Notes: a model not told the origin generated them from the sequence alone. A stretch of DNA of 64,000 nt from Flaccisagitta enflata (GCA_965153355.1 OZ231126.1:7874001-7938000), one strand, 5' to 3'. Counted from the stretch's first letter, positions 12,817 through 27,175 are shown. Made by a program: numbers and translations.

Positions 12817-14068
12817 ATGGCATCAGCATCTCACCAGAGCCTGGATACATACTGGGCTTGCTTTGGAATGACAATAAGCAACGTCGGTTCCAAATTCGCT
12901 AAGAAGAAAATCGTCAAGTCTCGTCCATTCCGTAGCGAACAAGATCCCTACAACTGTTACTTCGAAATGAGACTCTCTTTTGGATCAGAAAACCGGGATT
13001 CCTGGCTTCAAGCTCACGTCCGCAACACGACATCCGACGTTACTTATCAGAGATTGAAGTACACGCTTCGCGACAACATCGACAACGTTCTGCAGACAGT
13101 TCAACACGTCGATACGAACACAATCTCAGAAAAAGGAAACGACTTCGGTTGGACCGACTTCTATGACGCCGAAATATTGGCAAACCCAGAAGCCATCGTA
13201 TGGCGAGTAATCTGCGAGGTCCAGTACGAACCGTACGTGAAACCCGTGGACCCGCCTCCCCGTCCAATAGGTAGGTTTCAATGCTCACTAATCTATGATA
13301 TAGCAATGTCACAATGAAACTGTCGCCAGAGTTGAAGGGTAAAGTTTGTCGCCAATGCATCGTCGTCTTCTACACGAATCCTCCTCCTACATAGGTAGTA
13401 TCGGCGATGACTACCTCCAGCTTTGGGAGAGCGGTGATAACGCCGACGTCATCTTCAATGTCAAAGACGTCGAGATCAAAGCCCACAGAACCGTCCTCAT
13501 GGCGAGATCGTCATACTTCAAGACGATGTTCAACGCGAATATGAACGAGTCCACATCCGGAAAAATCAACGTCCCCGACGCTGATCCTGGCGCTTTTAAA
13601 AGTATGAATTTGGACAACATTACTACTCAACAATATCTAAAATAAGGACAAGAGCCTTTGGAGCTCTTACTGTTGTTTAATCCGGACCCATCACAACTAT
13701 CCTTTAAATTTCTGTATCATAATTCGATAATTCTATTAACAGGTATGTTGGAATTTCTTTACGGTGGCGTGTCTCCGAAAGACCTCGCCGTGACGGCAAT
13801 GGATCTCTTCACCATCGCGGACAAATACGACGTCAAAGAATTGGTCGAAATGTGCGAAAAACATATCTTGGACAATATCGACGCGGAAAACGTCATCGAT
13901 ACGATTATTCTAGCGGAACAGCACGGACGTGAAGAGCTGATGGCGCGTGCCAAAATCGTTCTAAAGGCAAATCTTAACGTGGTTCAGCGTTCAAAGAAGA
14001 ATCGCCAGAAGCTGGAAGAACGACCGGCTCTCCTATTCGACCTTTTCGTATTTTACGCCGGTCAGTAG
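12817..14068 (+). CDS. MATH-BTB (SPOP-like) Cullin-3 adaptor; exons 12817-13270, 13395-13601, 13743-14068; 328 aa
   Basis: Exon 1 is MATH-like (DFGWTDF..VICEVQY). Exons 2-3 are BTB/BACK (ADVIFNVKDVEIKAHRTVLMARSSYFKTMF..MLEFLYGG..ADKYDVKELVEMCE). Two GT-AG phase-1 introns (124 and 141 bp) give a 987-nt CDS. AATAAA near 14119. Confidence 0.9.
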
Positions 14069-15286
14069 ATGCAAGATCAACTCTTGATATGCCACGTGAA
14101 GCATTAACGGTGACCACTAATAAATCATCGCCTCCACCCCCACCTCATGAGGTTCTCGCTTCTCAATATTTGCTTCACTCGTTATCGTCAATGTCCATGA
14201 TTTTGTTCATCGCATTTTGCAGCGTCAATAGATATGATTCTTAATTACAACGATGCCCATTTAACACAAAAATCATTTACTGTTAAGTAGTTTCCTTATT
14301 TTGCTTCACTGATGTTTTTAAATCAATCATGGTCATTTCGATGCTTCAATTAACATACATTGTTTCATGTATAAACCATGCTCTAGTGATATCTCCATAA
14401 ACATGATAGTTTGGTTGTTCATGGAGCACCAACAAACTCGGTGGAAACAACAAACTTAATTCACTAAGGTTATTTAGGACAACGAGTGATCAAAAAGTAA
14501 AATGGTGCAATGAAGAGTCATGGATATGACAAACATTCACTACTTTAAAAGACAACCCATTACAATCAATCAATGGATGATTTAAATAAATAATTGAAGA
14601 ACTGTAATTGAATGTAATGGGTTGAATGACAAGAATCGCTTGTGATGCTGAAAAATTGATCAGAGCGGGTTGTTTTGATTTTATCGTTACCGGTTGCAAT
14701 GTATTCTCCGAAAATCGCGTTCACTTATCGAGGGTATTCCGTGGAGTAAACGATGATCGGCTCAGTATCGTCAAACAGCGCCGACGCGTCGGTAGGTCCG
14801 GCAGAGGTGGCGTCACGTCCGGTCGATGAGGCGCCGTCATCAACGTCATTTCGAGTCATCAAATTGACGTCACCATACCGACTTTTGACGAATCCAACGA
14901 TTATCTTCAACTTTGGGACAGCGGTGACAACTTCAACATAATCCTGCATGTTAATACTGAGTGTTTTAGTTCAGTAAAGATTTTGAATGGCGTGTTTGTG
15001 AAGTGATGCTGAAATGTAAATATGGTGCTGTAATGTTTAATGATTCTGAAATGTCAATATGATGCTGAAATGCCAATATGATGCTGTCTTGTTAAATGAT
15101 GCTGAAATGTCAATATGATGCTGAAATGTCAATATTATGCGGAATTGCTTGTTGATACTAAATCCACCTGTTAACGCGTATGTTTTAGCCCCTCACATTT
15201 AATTATCTCACTTTTAAAAAACAGTTATCACATCAAATTGAAAATATTATTACAGTTCATCACAGTTGTCATTAGAGATCTACCCT

Positions 15287-15686
15287 TTAAGTCAAGGTGC
15301 ACAGGAAGGGGCAATTTTCGCGATCAAATAATATTCTAAAAAAAAGTAAAGATGATTAACTTAAAATTTCTTTAAAAAAAAATAATATTTTTAGTATATA
15401 TTGTTAATTTATTTGCATTGAGAATCATTTATGTGAATAAAATCAGTTGGAAAAATTGAGAAAAATAAAAGAAAATTTATTCCCATTTCTTGATTTCTCT
15501 TAGGTGAAATTCTTAATTTGTCTCTGAGCGCAATAATTTGCATTTTTAAGAACATGGCCCTATTCTAAAGACACACATGAAAAAAGCCATGTTCTTAAAA
15601 ATGCAAATTTCTGCATTTCAAGAAAAATTAAAAATTTCACGTGAAACGACTTTCCAACTTTGCTTTTCGTTTGCACCGCGACTTTA
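15287..15686. mobile_element. AT-rich MITE-like insertion at a monomer junction at the left edge of the array
   Basis: Imperfect termini AAGTCAAGGTGCA / TGCACCGCGACTT and an internal inverted repeat at about 15503-15640. Flanked by a diverged monomer end (..GATCTACCCT) and a monomer start (GAGG..). Confidence 0.5.
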
Positions 15687-18600
15687 GAGGTAATATCATT
15701 TGACTTCTTTACAGTTCATTACACTTGTTATTATAGTTCAGTTTCTTGAATGGGAGGGGCTAAAAGGGTGGGGTTTAATGGGGGATTTAGTTACAAATTT
15801 GATCAACTGTAATAAACTGTAATGAACTGTAATGGGTTGTAATGGCTATTGATGCTGATAACCTGTTTTAACCCATTACAGCCCATTACAGTCCATTACA
15901 GTCCATTACAGTCCATTACAGTTCATTACAGTTGATACTAAATCCCCCTGTAAACCCGTACCTATTAGCCCCTCCCATTCAAGAATCTCACCTTTAAAGA
16001 ACCAATATCACATCAAATTGAGAATATCATTACAGTTCATTACAGTTGTCATTAGAGCTCTACCCTAAGAGGAAGAGCTGTAATGACTCTTTACTTCATT
16101 ACAGTTCATTACGGTTGCTATTATAGTTCAGTTTCTTGAATGGGAGGGGCTAAAAGGTAGGGGTTTAACAGGGGATTTAGAAACAATTTCATGAACTGTA
16201 ATGAACTGTAATGAACCGTAATGAACTGTAATGGGTTGTAATAGCTAGTGATGCTGATTCGTTGTTGTAACCCATTACAGTCCATTACAGTCCATTACAG
16301 TCCATTACAGTCCATTACGGTCTATTACAGTCCATTACAGTTGATACTAAATCCCCCTGTAAACCCCTACCTATTAGCCCCTCCCATTCAAGAATCTCAC
16401 CTTTAAATAACCAATATCACATCAAATTGAGAATATCATTACAGTTCATTACAGTTGTCATTAGAGCTCTACCCTAAGAGGAAGAGCTGTAATGACATTT
16501 GACTTCATTACAGTTCATTACGGTTGTTATTATAGTTCAGTTTCTTGAATGGGAGGGGCTAAAAGGTAGGGGTTTAACGGGGGATTTAGAAACAATTTCA
16601 TGAACTGTAATGAACTGTAATGAACTGTAATGAACTGTAATGAACTGTAATGAACTGTAATGAACTGTAATGAACTGTAATGGGTTGTTCTAGCTATTGA
16701 TGCTGATTTGTTGTAACCCATTACAGTCCATTACAGTCCATTACAGTCCATTACGGTTGATACTAAATCCCCCTGTAAACCCCTACCTATTAGCCCCTCC
16801 CATTCAAGAATCTCACCTTTAAAGAACCAATATCACATCAAATTGAGAATATCATTACAGTTCATTACAGTTGTCATTAGAGCTCTACCCTAAGAGCAAG
16901 AGCTGTAATGACATTTGACTTCATTACAGTTCATTACGATTGTTATTATAGTTCAGTTTCTTGAATGGGAGGGGCTAAAAGGTAGGGGTTTAACAGGGGA
17001 TTTAGAAACAATTTCATGAACTGTAATGAACTGTAATGAACTGTAATGGGTTGTTATAGTTAGTGATGCTGATTCGTTATTGTAACCCATTACAGTCCAT
17101 TACAGTCCATTACAGTCCATTACAGTCCATTACAGTTGATACTAAATCCCCCTATAAACCCCTACCTATTAGCCCCTCCCATTCAAGAATCTCACCTTTA
17201 AAGAACCAATATCAAATCAAATTGAGAATATCATTACAGTTCATTACAGTTGTCATTAGAGCTTTACCCTAAGAGGAAGAGCTGTAATGACATTTGACTT
17301 CATTACAGTTCATTACGGTTGTTATTATATTTCAGTTTCTTGAATGGGAGGGGCTAAAAGGTAGGGGTTTAACAGGGGATTTAGAAACAATTTCATGAAC
17401 CGTAATGAACTGTAATGAACTGTAATGGGTTGTATTAGTTATTAATGCTAATTTGTTGTAACCCATTACGGCCCATTACAGTCCATTACAGTCCATTACA
17501 GTCCATTACAGTTGATACTAAATCCCCCTGTAAACCCCTACCTATTAGCCCCTCCCATTCAAGAATCTCACCTTTAAAGAACCAATATCACATCAAATTG
17601 AGAATATCATTACAGTTCATTACAGTTGTCATTAGAGCTCTACCCTAAGAGGAAGAGCTGTAATGACATTTGACTTCATTATGGTTCATTACGGTTGTTA
17701 TTATAGTTCAGTTTCTTGAATGGGAGGGGCTAAAAGGTAGGGGTTTAACAGGGGATTTAGAAACAATTTCATGAACTGTAATGAACTGTAATGAACTGTA
17801 ATGAACTGTAATGAACTGTAATGGGTTGTATTAGTTATTAATGCTAATTTGTTGTAACCCATTACGGCCCATTACAGTCCATTACAGTCCATTACAGTTG
17901 ATACTAAATCCCCCTGTAAACCCCTACCTATTAGCCCCTCCCATTCAAGAATCTCACCTTTAAAGAACCAATATCACATCAAATTGAGAATATCATTACA
18001 GTTCATTACAGTTGTCATTAGAGCTCTACCCTAAGAGGAAGAGCTGTAATGACATTTGACTTCATTACAGTTCATTACGGTTGTTATCATAGTTCAGTTT
18101 CTTGAATGGGAGGGGCTAAAAGGTAGGGGTTTAACAGGGGATTTAGAAAATTTCATGAACTGTAATGAACTGTAATGAACTGTAATGGGTTGTAATAGCT
18201 AGTGATGCTGATTTTTTGTTGTAAGCCATTACAGTCCATTACAGTCCATTACAGTTCATTACAGTTGATAATAAATCCCCCTGTAAACCCCTACCTATTA
18301 GCCCCTCCCATTCAAGAATCTCACCTTTAAAGAACCAATATCACATCAAATTGAGAATATCATTACAGTTCATTACAGTTGTCATTAGAGCTCTACCCTA
18401 AGAGGAAGAGCTGTAATGACTCTTTACTTCATTACAGTTCATTACGGTTGCTATTATAGTTCAGTTTCTTGAATGGGAGGGGCTAAAAGGTAGGGGTTTA
18501 ACGGGGGATTTAGAAACAATTTCATGAACTGTAATGAACTGTAATGAACCGTAATGAACTGTAATGGGTTGTAATAGCTAGTGATGCTGATTCGTTGTTG

Positions 18601-21600
18601 TAACCCATTACAGTCCATTACAGTCCATTACAGTCCATTACAGTTGGTACTAAATCCCCCTGTAAACCCCTACCTATTAGCCCCTCCCATTCAAGAATCT
18701 CACCTTTAAAGAACCAATATCACATCAAATTGAGAATATCATTACAGTTCATTACAGTTGTCATTAGAGCTCTACCCTAAGAGGAAGAGCTGTAATGACA
18801 TTTGACTTCATTACAGTTCATTACGGTTGCTATTATAGTTCAGTTTCTTGAATGGGAGGGGCTAAAAGGTAGGGGTTTAACAGGGGATTTAGAAACAATT
18901 TGATGAACTGTAATGAACTGTAATGAACTGTAATGAACTGTAATGGGTTGTAATAGCTAGTGATGCTAAATTGTTGTTGTAACCCATTACAGCCCATTAC
19001 AGTCCATTACAGTCCATTACAGTTGATACTAAATCCCCCTGTAAACCCCTACCTATTAGCCCCTCCCATTCAAGAATCTCACCTTTAAAGAACCAATATC
19101 ACATCAAATTGAGAATACCATTACAGTTCATTACAGTTGTCATTAGAGCTCTACCCTAAGAGGAAGAGCTGTAATGACATTTGACTTCATTACAGTCCAT
19201 TTTGGTTGTTATTATAGTTCAGTTTCTTGAATGGGAGGGGCTAAAAGGTAGGGGTTTAACAGGGGATTTAGAAACAATTTGATGAACTGTAATGAACTGT
19301 AATGAACTGTAATGAACTGTAATGAACTGTAATGGGTTGTAATAGCTAGTGATGCTGAATTGTTGTTGTAACCCATTACAGCCCATTACAGTCCATTACA
19401 GTCCATTACAGTTGATACTAAATCCCCCTGTAAACCCCTACCTATTAGCCCCTCCCATTCAAGAATCTCACCTTCAAAGAACCAATATCACATCAAACTG
19501 AAAATATCATTACAGTTCATTACAGTTGTCATTAGAGCTCTACCCTAAGAGGAAGAGCTGTAATGACATTTGACTTCATTACAGTCCATTTTGGTTGTTA
19601 TTATAGTTCAGTTTCTTGAATGGGAGGGGCTAAAAGGTAGGGGTTTAACAGGGGATTTAGAAACAATTTGACGAACTGTAATGAACTGTAATGAACTGTA
19701 ATGGGTTGTAATAGCTAGTGATGCTGAATTGTTGTTGTAACCCATTACAGCCCATTACAGTCCATTACAGTCCATTACAGTTGATACTAAATCCCCCTGT
19801 AAACCCCTACCTATTAGCCCCTCCCATTCAAGAATCTCACCTTCAAAGAACCAATATCACATCAAACTGAAAATATCATTACAGTTCATTACAGTTGTCA
19901 TTAGAGCTCTACCCTAAGAGGAAGAGCTGTAATGACATTTGACTTCATTACAGTCCATTTTGGTTGTTATTATAGTTCAGTATCTTGAATGGGAGGGGCT
20001 AAAAGGTAGGGGTTTAACAGGGGATTTAGAAACAATTTGATGAACTGTAATGAACTGTAATGAACTGTAATGAACTGTAATGGGTTGTAATAGCTAGTGA
20101 TGCTGATTTGTTGTTGTAACCCATTACAGCCCATTACAGTCCATTACAGTCCATTACAGTCCATTACAGTTGATACTAAATCCCCCTGTAAACCCCTACC
20201 TATTAGCCCCTCCCATTCAAGAATCTCACCTTTAAAGAACCAATATCACATCAAACTGAAAATATCATTACAGTTCATTACAGTTGTCATTAGAGCTCTA
20301 CCCTAAGAGGAAGAGCTGTAATGACATTTGACTTCATTACAGTCCATTTTGGTTGTTATTATAGTTCAGTTTCTTGAATGGGAGGGGCTAAAAGGTAGGG
20401 GTTTAATGGGGGATTTAGAAACAATTTGATGAACTGTAATGAACTGTAATGAACTGTAATGAACTGTAATAGGTTGTAATAGCTAGTGATGCTGATTTGT
20501 TGTTGTAGCCCATTAAAGCCCATTACAGTCCATTACAGTCCATTACAGTTGATACTAAATCCCCCTGTAAACCCCTACCTATTAGCCCCTCCCATTCAAG
20601 AATCTCACCTTTAAAGAACCAATATCACATCAAATTGAGAATACCATTACAGTTCATTACAGTTGTCATTAGAGCTCTACCCTAAGAGGAAGAGCTGTAA
20701 TGACATTTGACTTCATTACAGTCCATTTTGGTTGTTATTATAGTTCAGTTTCTTGAATGGGAGGGGCTAAAAGGTAGGGGTTTAACAGGGGATTTAGAAA
20801 CAATTTGATGAACTGTAATGAACTGTAATGAACTGTAATGAACTGTAATGAACTGTAATGAACTGTAATGAACTGTAATGGGTTGTAATAGCTAGTGATG
20901 CTGAATTGTTGTTCTAACCCATTACAGCCCATTACAGTCCATTACAGTCCATTACAGTCCATTACAGTTGATACTAAATCCCCCTGTAAACCCCTACCTA
21001 TTAGCCCCTCCCATTCAAGAATCTCACCTTCAAAGAACCAATATCACATCAAACTGAAAATATCATTACAGTTCATTACAGTTGTCATTAGAGCTCTACC
21101 CTAAGAGGAAGAGCTGTAATGACATTTGACTTCATTACAGTCCATTTTGGTTGTTATTATAGTTCAGTTTCTTGAATGGGAGGGGCTAAAAGGTAGGGGT
21201 TTAACAGGGGATTTAGAAACAATTTGATGAACTGTAATGAACTGTAATGAACTGTAATGAACTGTAATGGGTTGTAATAGCTAGTGATGCTGAATTGTTG
21301 TTGTAACCCATTACAGCCCATTACAGTCCATTACAGTCCATTACAGTTGATACTAAATCCCCCTGTAAACCCCTACCTATTAGCCCCTCCCATTCAAGAA
21401 TCTCACCTTCAAAGAACCAATATCACATCAAACTGAAAATATCATTACAGTTCATTACAGTTGTCATTAGAGCTCTACCCTAAGAGGAAGAGCTGTAATG
21501 ACATTTGACTTCATTACAGTCCATTTTGGTTGTTATTATAGTTCAGTTTCTTGAATGGGAGGGGCTAAAAGGTAGGGGTTTAACAGGGGATTTAGAAACA

Positions 21601-24600
21601 ATTTGATGAACTGTAATGAACTGTAATGAACTGTAATGAACTGTAATGGGTTGTAATAGCTAGTGATGCTGAATTGTTGTTCTAACCCATTACAGCCCAT
21701 TACAGTCCATTACAGTCCATTACAGTTGATACTAAATCCCCCTGTAAACCCCTACCTATTAGCCCCTCCCATTCAAGAATCTCACCTTCAAAGAACCAAT
21801 ATCACATCAAACTGAAAATATCATTACAGTTCATTACAGTTGTCATTAGAGCTCTACCCTAAGAGGAAGAGCTGTAATGACATTTGACTTCATTACAGTC
21901 CATTTTGGTTGTTATTATAGTTCAGTATCTTGAATGGGAGGGGCTAAAAGGTAGGGGTTTAACAGGGGATTTAGAAACAATTTGATGAACTGTAATGAAC
22001 TGTAATGAACTGTAATGAACTGTAATGGGTTGTAATAGCTAGTGATGCTGAATTGTTGTTCTAACCCATTACAGCCCATTACAGTCCATTACAGTCCATT
22101 ACAGTTGATACTAAATCCCCCTGTAAACCCCTACCTATTAGCCCCTCCCATTCAAGAATCTCACCTTCAAAGAACCAATATCACATCAAACTGAAAATAT
22201 CATTACAGTTCATTACAGTTGTCACAGAGCTCTACCTAAGAGGAAGAGGCTGTAATGACATTTGACTTCATTACAGTCATTTTGGTTGTTATTATAGTTC
22301 AGTTTCTTGAATGGGAGGGGCTAAAAGGCAGGGGGTTTAATAGTTTAGAAACAATTCTGAACTGTAATGAACTGTAATGAACTGTAATGAACTGTAATAG
22401 GTTGTAATAGCTAGTGATGCTGATTTGTTGTTGCAGCCATTAAAGCCCATTACAGTCCATTACAGTCCATTACAGTCCATTACAGTTGATACTAAATCCC
22501 CCTGTAAACCCCTACCTATTAGCCCCTCCCATTCAAGAATCTCACCTTTAAAGAACCAATATCACATCAAATTGAGAATACCATTACAGTTCATTACAGT
22601 TGTCATTAGAGCTCTACCCTAAGAGGAAGAGCTGTAATGACATTTGACTTCATTACAGTCCATTTTGGTTGTTATTATAGTTCAGTTTCTTGAATGGGAG
22701 GGGCTAAAAGGTAGGGGTTTAACAGGGGATTTAGAAACAATTTGATGAACTGTAATGAACTGTAATGAACTGTAATGAACTGTAATGAACTGTAATGAAC
22801 TGTAATGAACTGTAATGAACTGTAATGAACTGTAATGAACTGTAATGGGTTGTAATAGCTAGTGATGCTGAATTGTTGTTCTAACCCATTACAGCCCATT
22901 ACAGTCCATTACAGTCCATTACAGTCCATTACAGTTGATACTAAATCCCCCTGTAAACCCCTACCTATTAGCCCCTCCCATTCAAGAATCTCACCTTCAA
23001 AGAACCAATATCACATCAAACTGAAAATATCATTACAGTTCATTACAGTTGTCATTAGAGCTCTACCCTAAGAGGAAGAGCTGTAATGACATTTGACTTC
23101 ATTACAGTCCATTTTGGTTGTTATTATAGTTCAGTTTCTTGAATGGGAGGGGCTAAAAGGTAGGGGTTTAACAGGGGATTTAGAAACAATTTGATGAACT
23201 GTAATGAACTGTAATGAACTGTAATGAACTGTAATGGGTTGTAATAGCTAGTGATGCTGAATTGTTGTTGTAACCCATTACAGCCCATTACAGTCCATTA
23301 CAGTCCATTACAGTTGATACTAAATCCCCCTGTAAACCCCTACCTATTAGCCCCTCCCATTCAAGAATCTCACCTTCAAAGAACCAATATCACATCAAAC
23401 TGAAAATATCATTACAGTTCATTACAGTTGTCATTAGAGCTCTACCCTAAGAGGAAGAGCTGTAATGACATTTGACTTCATTACAGTCCATTTTGGTTGT
23501 TATTATAGTTCAGTTTCTTGAATGGGAGGGGCTAAAAGGTAGGGGTTTAACAGGGGATTTAGAAACAATTTGATGAACTGTAATGAACTGTAATGAACTG
23601 TAATGAACTGTAATGGGTTGTAATAGCTAGTGATGCTGAATTGTTGTTCTAACCCATTACAGCCCATTACAGTCCATTACAGTCCATTACAGTTGATACT
23701 AAATCCCCCTGTAAACCCCTACCTATTAGCCCCTCCCATTCAAGAATCTCACCTTTAAAGAACCAATATCACATCAAATTGAGAATATCATTACAGTTCA
23801 TTACAGTTGTCATTAGAGCTCTACCCTAAGAGGAAGAGCTGTAATGACATTTGACTTCATTACAGTTCATTACGGTTGTTATTATAGTTCAGTTTCTTGA
23901 ATGGGAGGGGCTAAAAGGTAGGGGTTTAACAGGGGATTTAGAAACAATTTCATGAACTGTAATGAACTGTAATGAACTGTAATGAACTGTAATGGGTTGT
24001 AATAGCTAGTGATGCTGATTTGTTGTTGTAACCCATTACAGCCCATTACAGTCCATTACAGTCCATTACAGTCCATTACAGTTGATACTAAATCCCCCTG
24101 TAAACCCCTACCTATTAGCCCCTCCCATTCAAGAATCTCACCTTTAAAGAACCAATATCACATCAAATTGAGAATATCATTACAGTTCATTACAGTTGTC
24201 ATTAGAGCTCTACCCTAAGAGGAAGAGCTGTAATGACATTTGACTTCATTACAGTTCATTACGGTTGTTATTATAGTTCAGTTTCTTGAATGGGAGGGGC
24301 TAAAAGGTAGGGGTTTAACAGGGGATTTAGAAACAATTTCATGAACTGTAATGAACTGTAATGAACTGTAATGAACTGTAATGGGTTGTATTAGTTATCA
24401 ATGCTAATTTGTTGTAACCCATTACGGCCCATTACAGTCCATTACAGTCCATTACAGTTGATACTAAATCCCCCCGTAAACCCCTACCTATTAGCCCCTC
24501 CCATTCAAGAATCTCACCTTTAAAGAACCAATATCACATCAAATTGAGAATATCATTACAGTTCATTACAGTTGTCATTAGAGCTCTACCCTAAGAGGAA

Positions 24601-26155
24601 GAGCTGTAATGACATTTGACTTCATTACAGTTCATTACGGTTGCTGTTATAGTTCAGTTTCTTGAATGGGAGGGGCTAAATGGTAGGGGTTTAACAGGGG
24701 ATTTAGAAACAATTTCATGAACTGTAATCAACTGTAATGAACTGTAATGAAATGTAATGAACTATAATGGGTTGTATTAGTTATTAATGCTAATTTGTTG
24801 TAACCCATTACGGCCCATTACAGTCCATTACAGTCCATTACAGTTGATACTATATCCCCCTGTAAACCCCTACCTATTAGCCCCTCCCATTCAAGAATCT
24901 CACCTTTAAAGAACCAATATCACATCAAATTGAGAATATCATTACAGTTCATTACAGTTGTCATTAGAGCTCTACCCTAAGAGCAAGAGCTGTAATGACA
25001 TTTGACTTCATTACAGTTCATTACGGTTGTTATTATAGTTCAGTTTCTTGAATGGGAGGGGCTAAAAGGTAGGGGTTTAACAGGGGATTTAGAAACAATT
25101 TCATGAACTGTAATGAACTGTAATGAACTGTAATGAACTGTAATGAACTGTAATGGGTTGTAATAGCTAGAGATGCTGAATTGTTGTTGTAACCCATTAC
25201 AGTCCATTACAGTCCATTACAGTTCATTACAGTTGATACTAAATCCCCCTGTAAACCCCTACCTATTAGCCCCTCCCATTCAAGAATCTCACCTTTAAAG
25301 AACCAATATCACATCAAATTGAGAATATCATTACAGTTCATTACAGTTGTCATTAGAGCTCTACCCTAAGAGGAAGAGCTGTAATGACTCTTTACTTCAT
25401 TACAGTTCATTACGGTTGCTATTATAGTTCAGTTTCTTGAATGGGAGGGGCTAAAAGGTAGGGGTTTAACAGGGGATTTAGAAACAATTTCATGAACTGT
25501 AATGAACTGTAATGAACCGTAATGAACTGTAATGGGTTGTAATAGCTAGTGATGCTGATTTGTTGTTGTAACCCATTACAGTCCATTACAGTCCATTACA
25601 GTCCATTACAGTCCATTACAGTTGATACTAAATCCCCCTGTAAACCCCTACCTATTAGCCCCTCCCATTCAAGAATCTCACCTTTAAAGAACCAATATCA
25701 CATCAAATTGAGAATATCATTACAGTTCATTACAGTTGTCATTAGAGCTCTACCCTAAGAGGAAGAGCTGTAATGACATTTGACTTCATTCCAGTTCATT
25801 ACGGTTGTTATTATAGTCCAGTATCTTGAATGGGAGGGGCTAAAAGGTAGGGGTTTAACGGGGATTTAGAAACAATTTCATCAACTGTAATGAACTGTAA
25901 TGAACTGTAATGAACTGTAATGAACTGTAATGGGTTGTACTAGCTATTGATGCTGATTTGTTGTAACCCATTACGGCCCATTACAGTTCATTACAGTCCA
26001 TTACAGTTGATAATGGGGATTTAGAAACAAATTTGATCAACTGTAATGAACTGTAATGAACTGTAATGGGTTGTAATGGCTTTTAAGAACCAAAATTACA
26101 TCAAACCGAGAATATCATTACAGTTCATTTCCGTTGTCATTAGAGCTTTACCCCT
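15686..26155. repeat. Tandem array of ~370-450-bp palindromic monomers (26 junctions counted, 25 complete internal units plus diverged ends)
   Basis: The junction CCCTAAGAGGAAGAGC recurs from about 16065 to 25755. Each unit has inverted ends, a ~48-bp inverted arm pair and variable numbers of 10-bp subrepeats (GAACTGTAAT)n / (ATTACAGTCC)n. Confidence 0.97.
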
Positions 26156-26299
26156 GATTAGTTCTTGTGAACCATTACAACATATTACAGTCGATTATAA
26201 CTCATTACAGTACATTTCATTTGATACTAAGTCGCCCTAAAATTGGTTATTGAATCATAATAGTGATGCTGATTGAGGACGCTTAAAGATTTTGCTTAA

Positions 26300-26770
26300 A
26301 TGTTGCTCTTACTCCTTGACACTCTTTCACCTCCTCAGCACTCTCCCTCCTCCTTGGCACTCTTTCTCCTCCTTGGCACTCTTTCTCCTCGGCACACTTT
26401 CTCCTCTTTGGCACTTCCTCCTCTTTGGCGCTCTTACTCCTCTGCACTCTTCCTCCTCCGACTCTTCCTCCTCCGCACCCTTCCTCCTCCACCCTCTTCC
26501 TCCTCCACACTCTTCCTCCTCCTTCGCACTCTTCCTCCTCCAAAGCGATCCTCCAAATGGTTCTTCATCCTTCAAGGCACTCTTCCTTCTTGGCGATTTT
26601 CCTTTTACTCTGGGCTACTCTCCTCCTTAGTGCTCTACTTTCTCTTTGGCGCTCTTCCTCCTCCTTGGTGCTCTTCCTCCTTGGTGCTCTTCCTCCTCCT
26701 TGGCGCTCTTACTCCTCCTTGGCGCTCTTTCTCCTTGAAGCTGTTCTTTCACCTTAGCTCTTCTCTTATC
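26300..26770. repeat. Degenerate ~19-bp pyrimidine-rich minisatellite (CTCTTCCTCCTCCTTGGCR)
   Basis: Directly visible; produces low-complexity ORFs in several frames. Confidence 0.85.
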
Positions 26771-27175
26771 TACACCCTTTAAACTTTTAAATTTCTTCAT
26801 CCTTGGCGTATTTCCATCTCTAACAATTTGCTTCACTTCCATTTCTACTTTCTTGGAGCTCTCCCTGCTTTTATTCCCGGGTTCTTCTCAGCTTTGTCCA
26901 TCAACCAGATTTATTATTTTTTTCATTTCATTCTTATTTTTCATAAATTTCCCTTAAAAAAATATATTTAAAGCAAGCTTTGTGCGTACCATCTAGCAAC
27001 ATGATTTCGGTCTTCCGTTAAATTTTGATTTTATCTATTTTGTTTCCCTTTCCCGTTATATAGGTCTCTTCTTTCAGTTAACAAAAAGTAATCCGATCTT
27101 CAAAATAGTTATCAAAGTTTCATTTCGTTATCTCTAGACATTCAATGTTTCTATAAATCATTTTTTGAACTAATC

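Noticed and set aside
15686..26155. CRISPR-like array or repeated small protein genes (ITVHYSPLQ ORFs)
   Set aside because: There are no unique spacers and no cas genes, and the context is eukaryotic. The ORFs appear or vanish with the 10-bp subrepeat count.
26283..26842. Glu/Arg-rich and Leu/Ser-rich ORFs
   Set aside because: A low-complexity minisatellite that is open in several frames on both strands.
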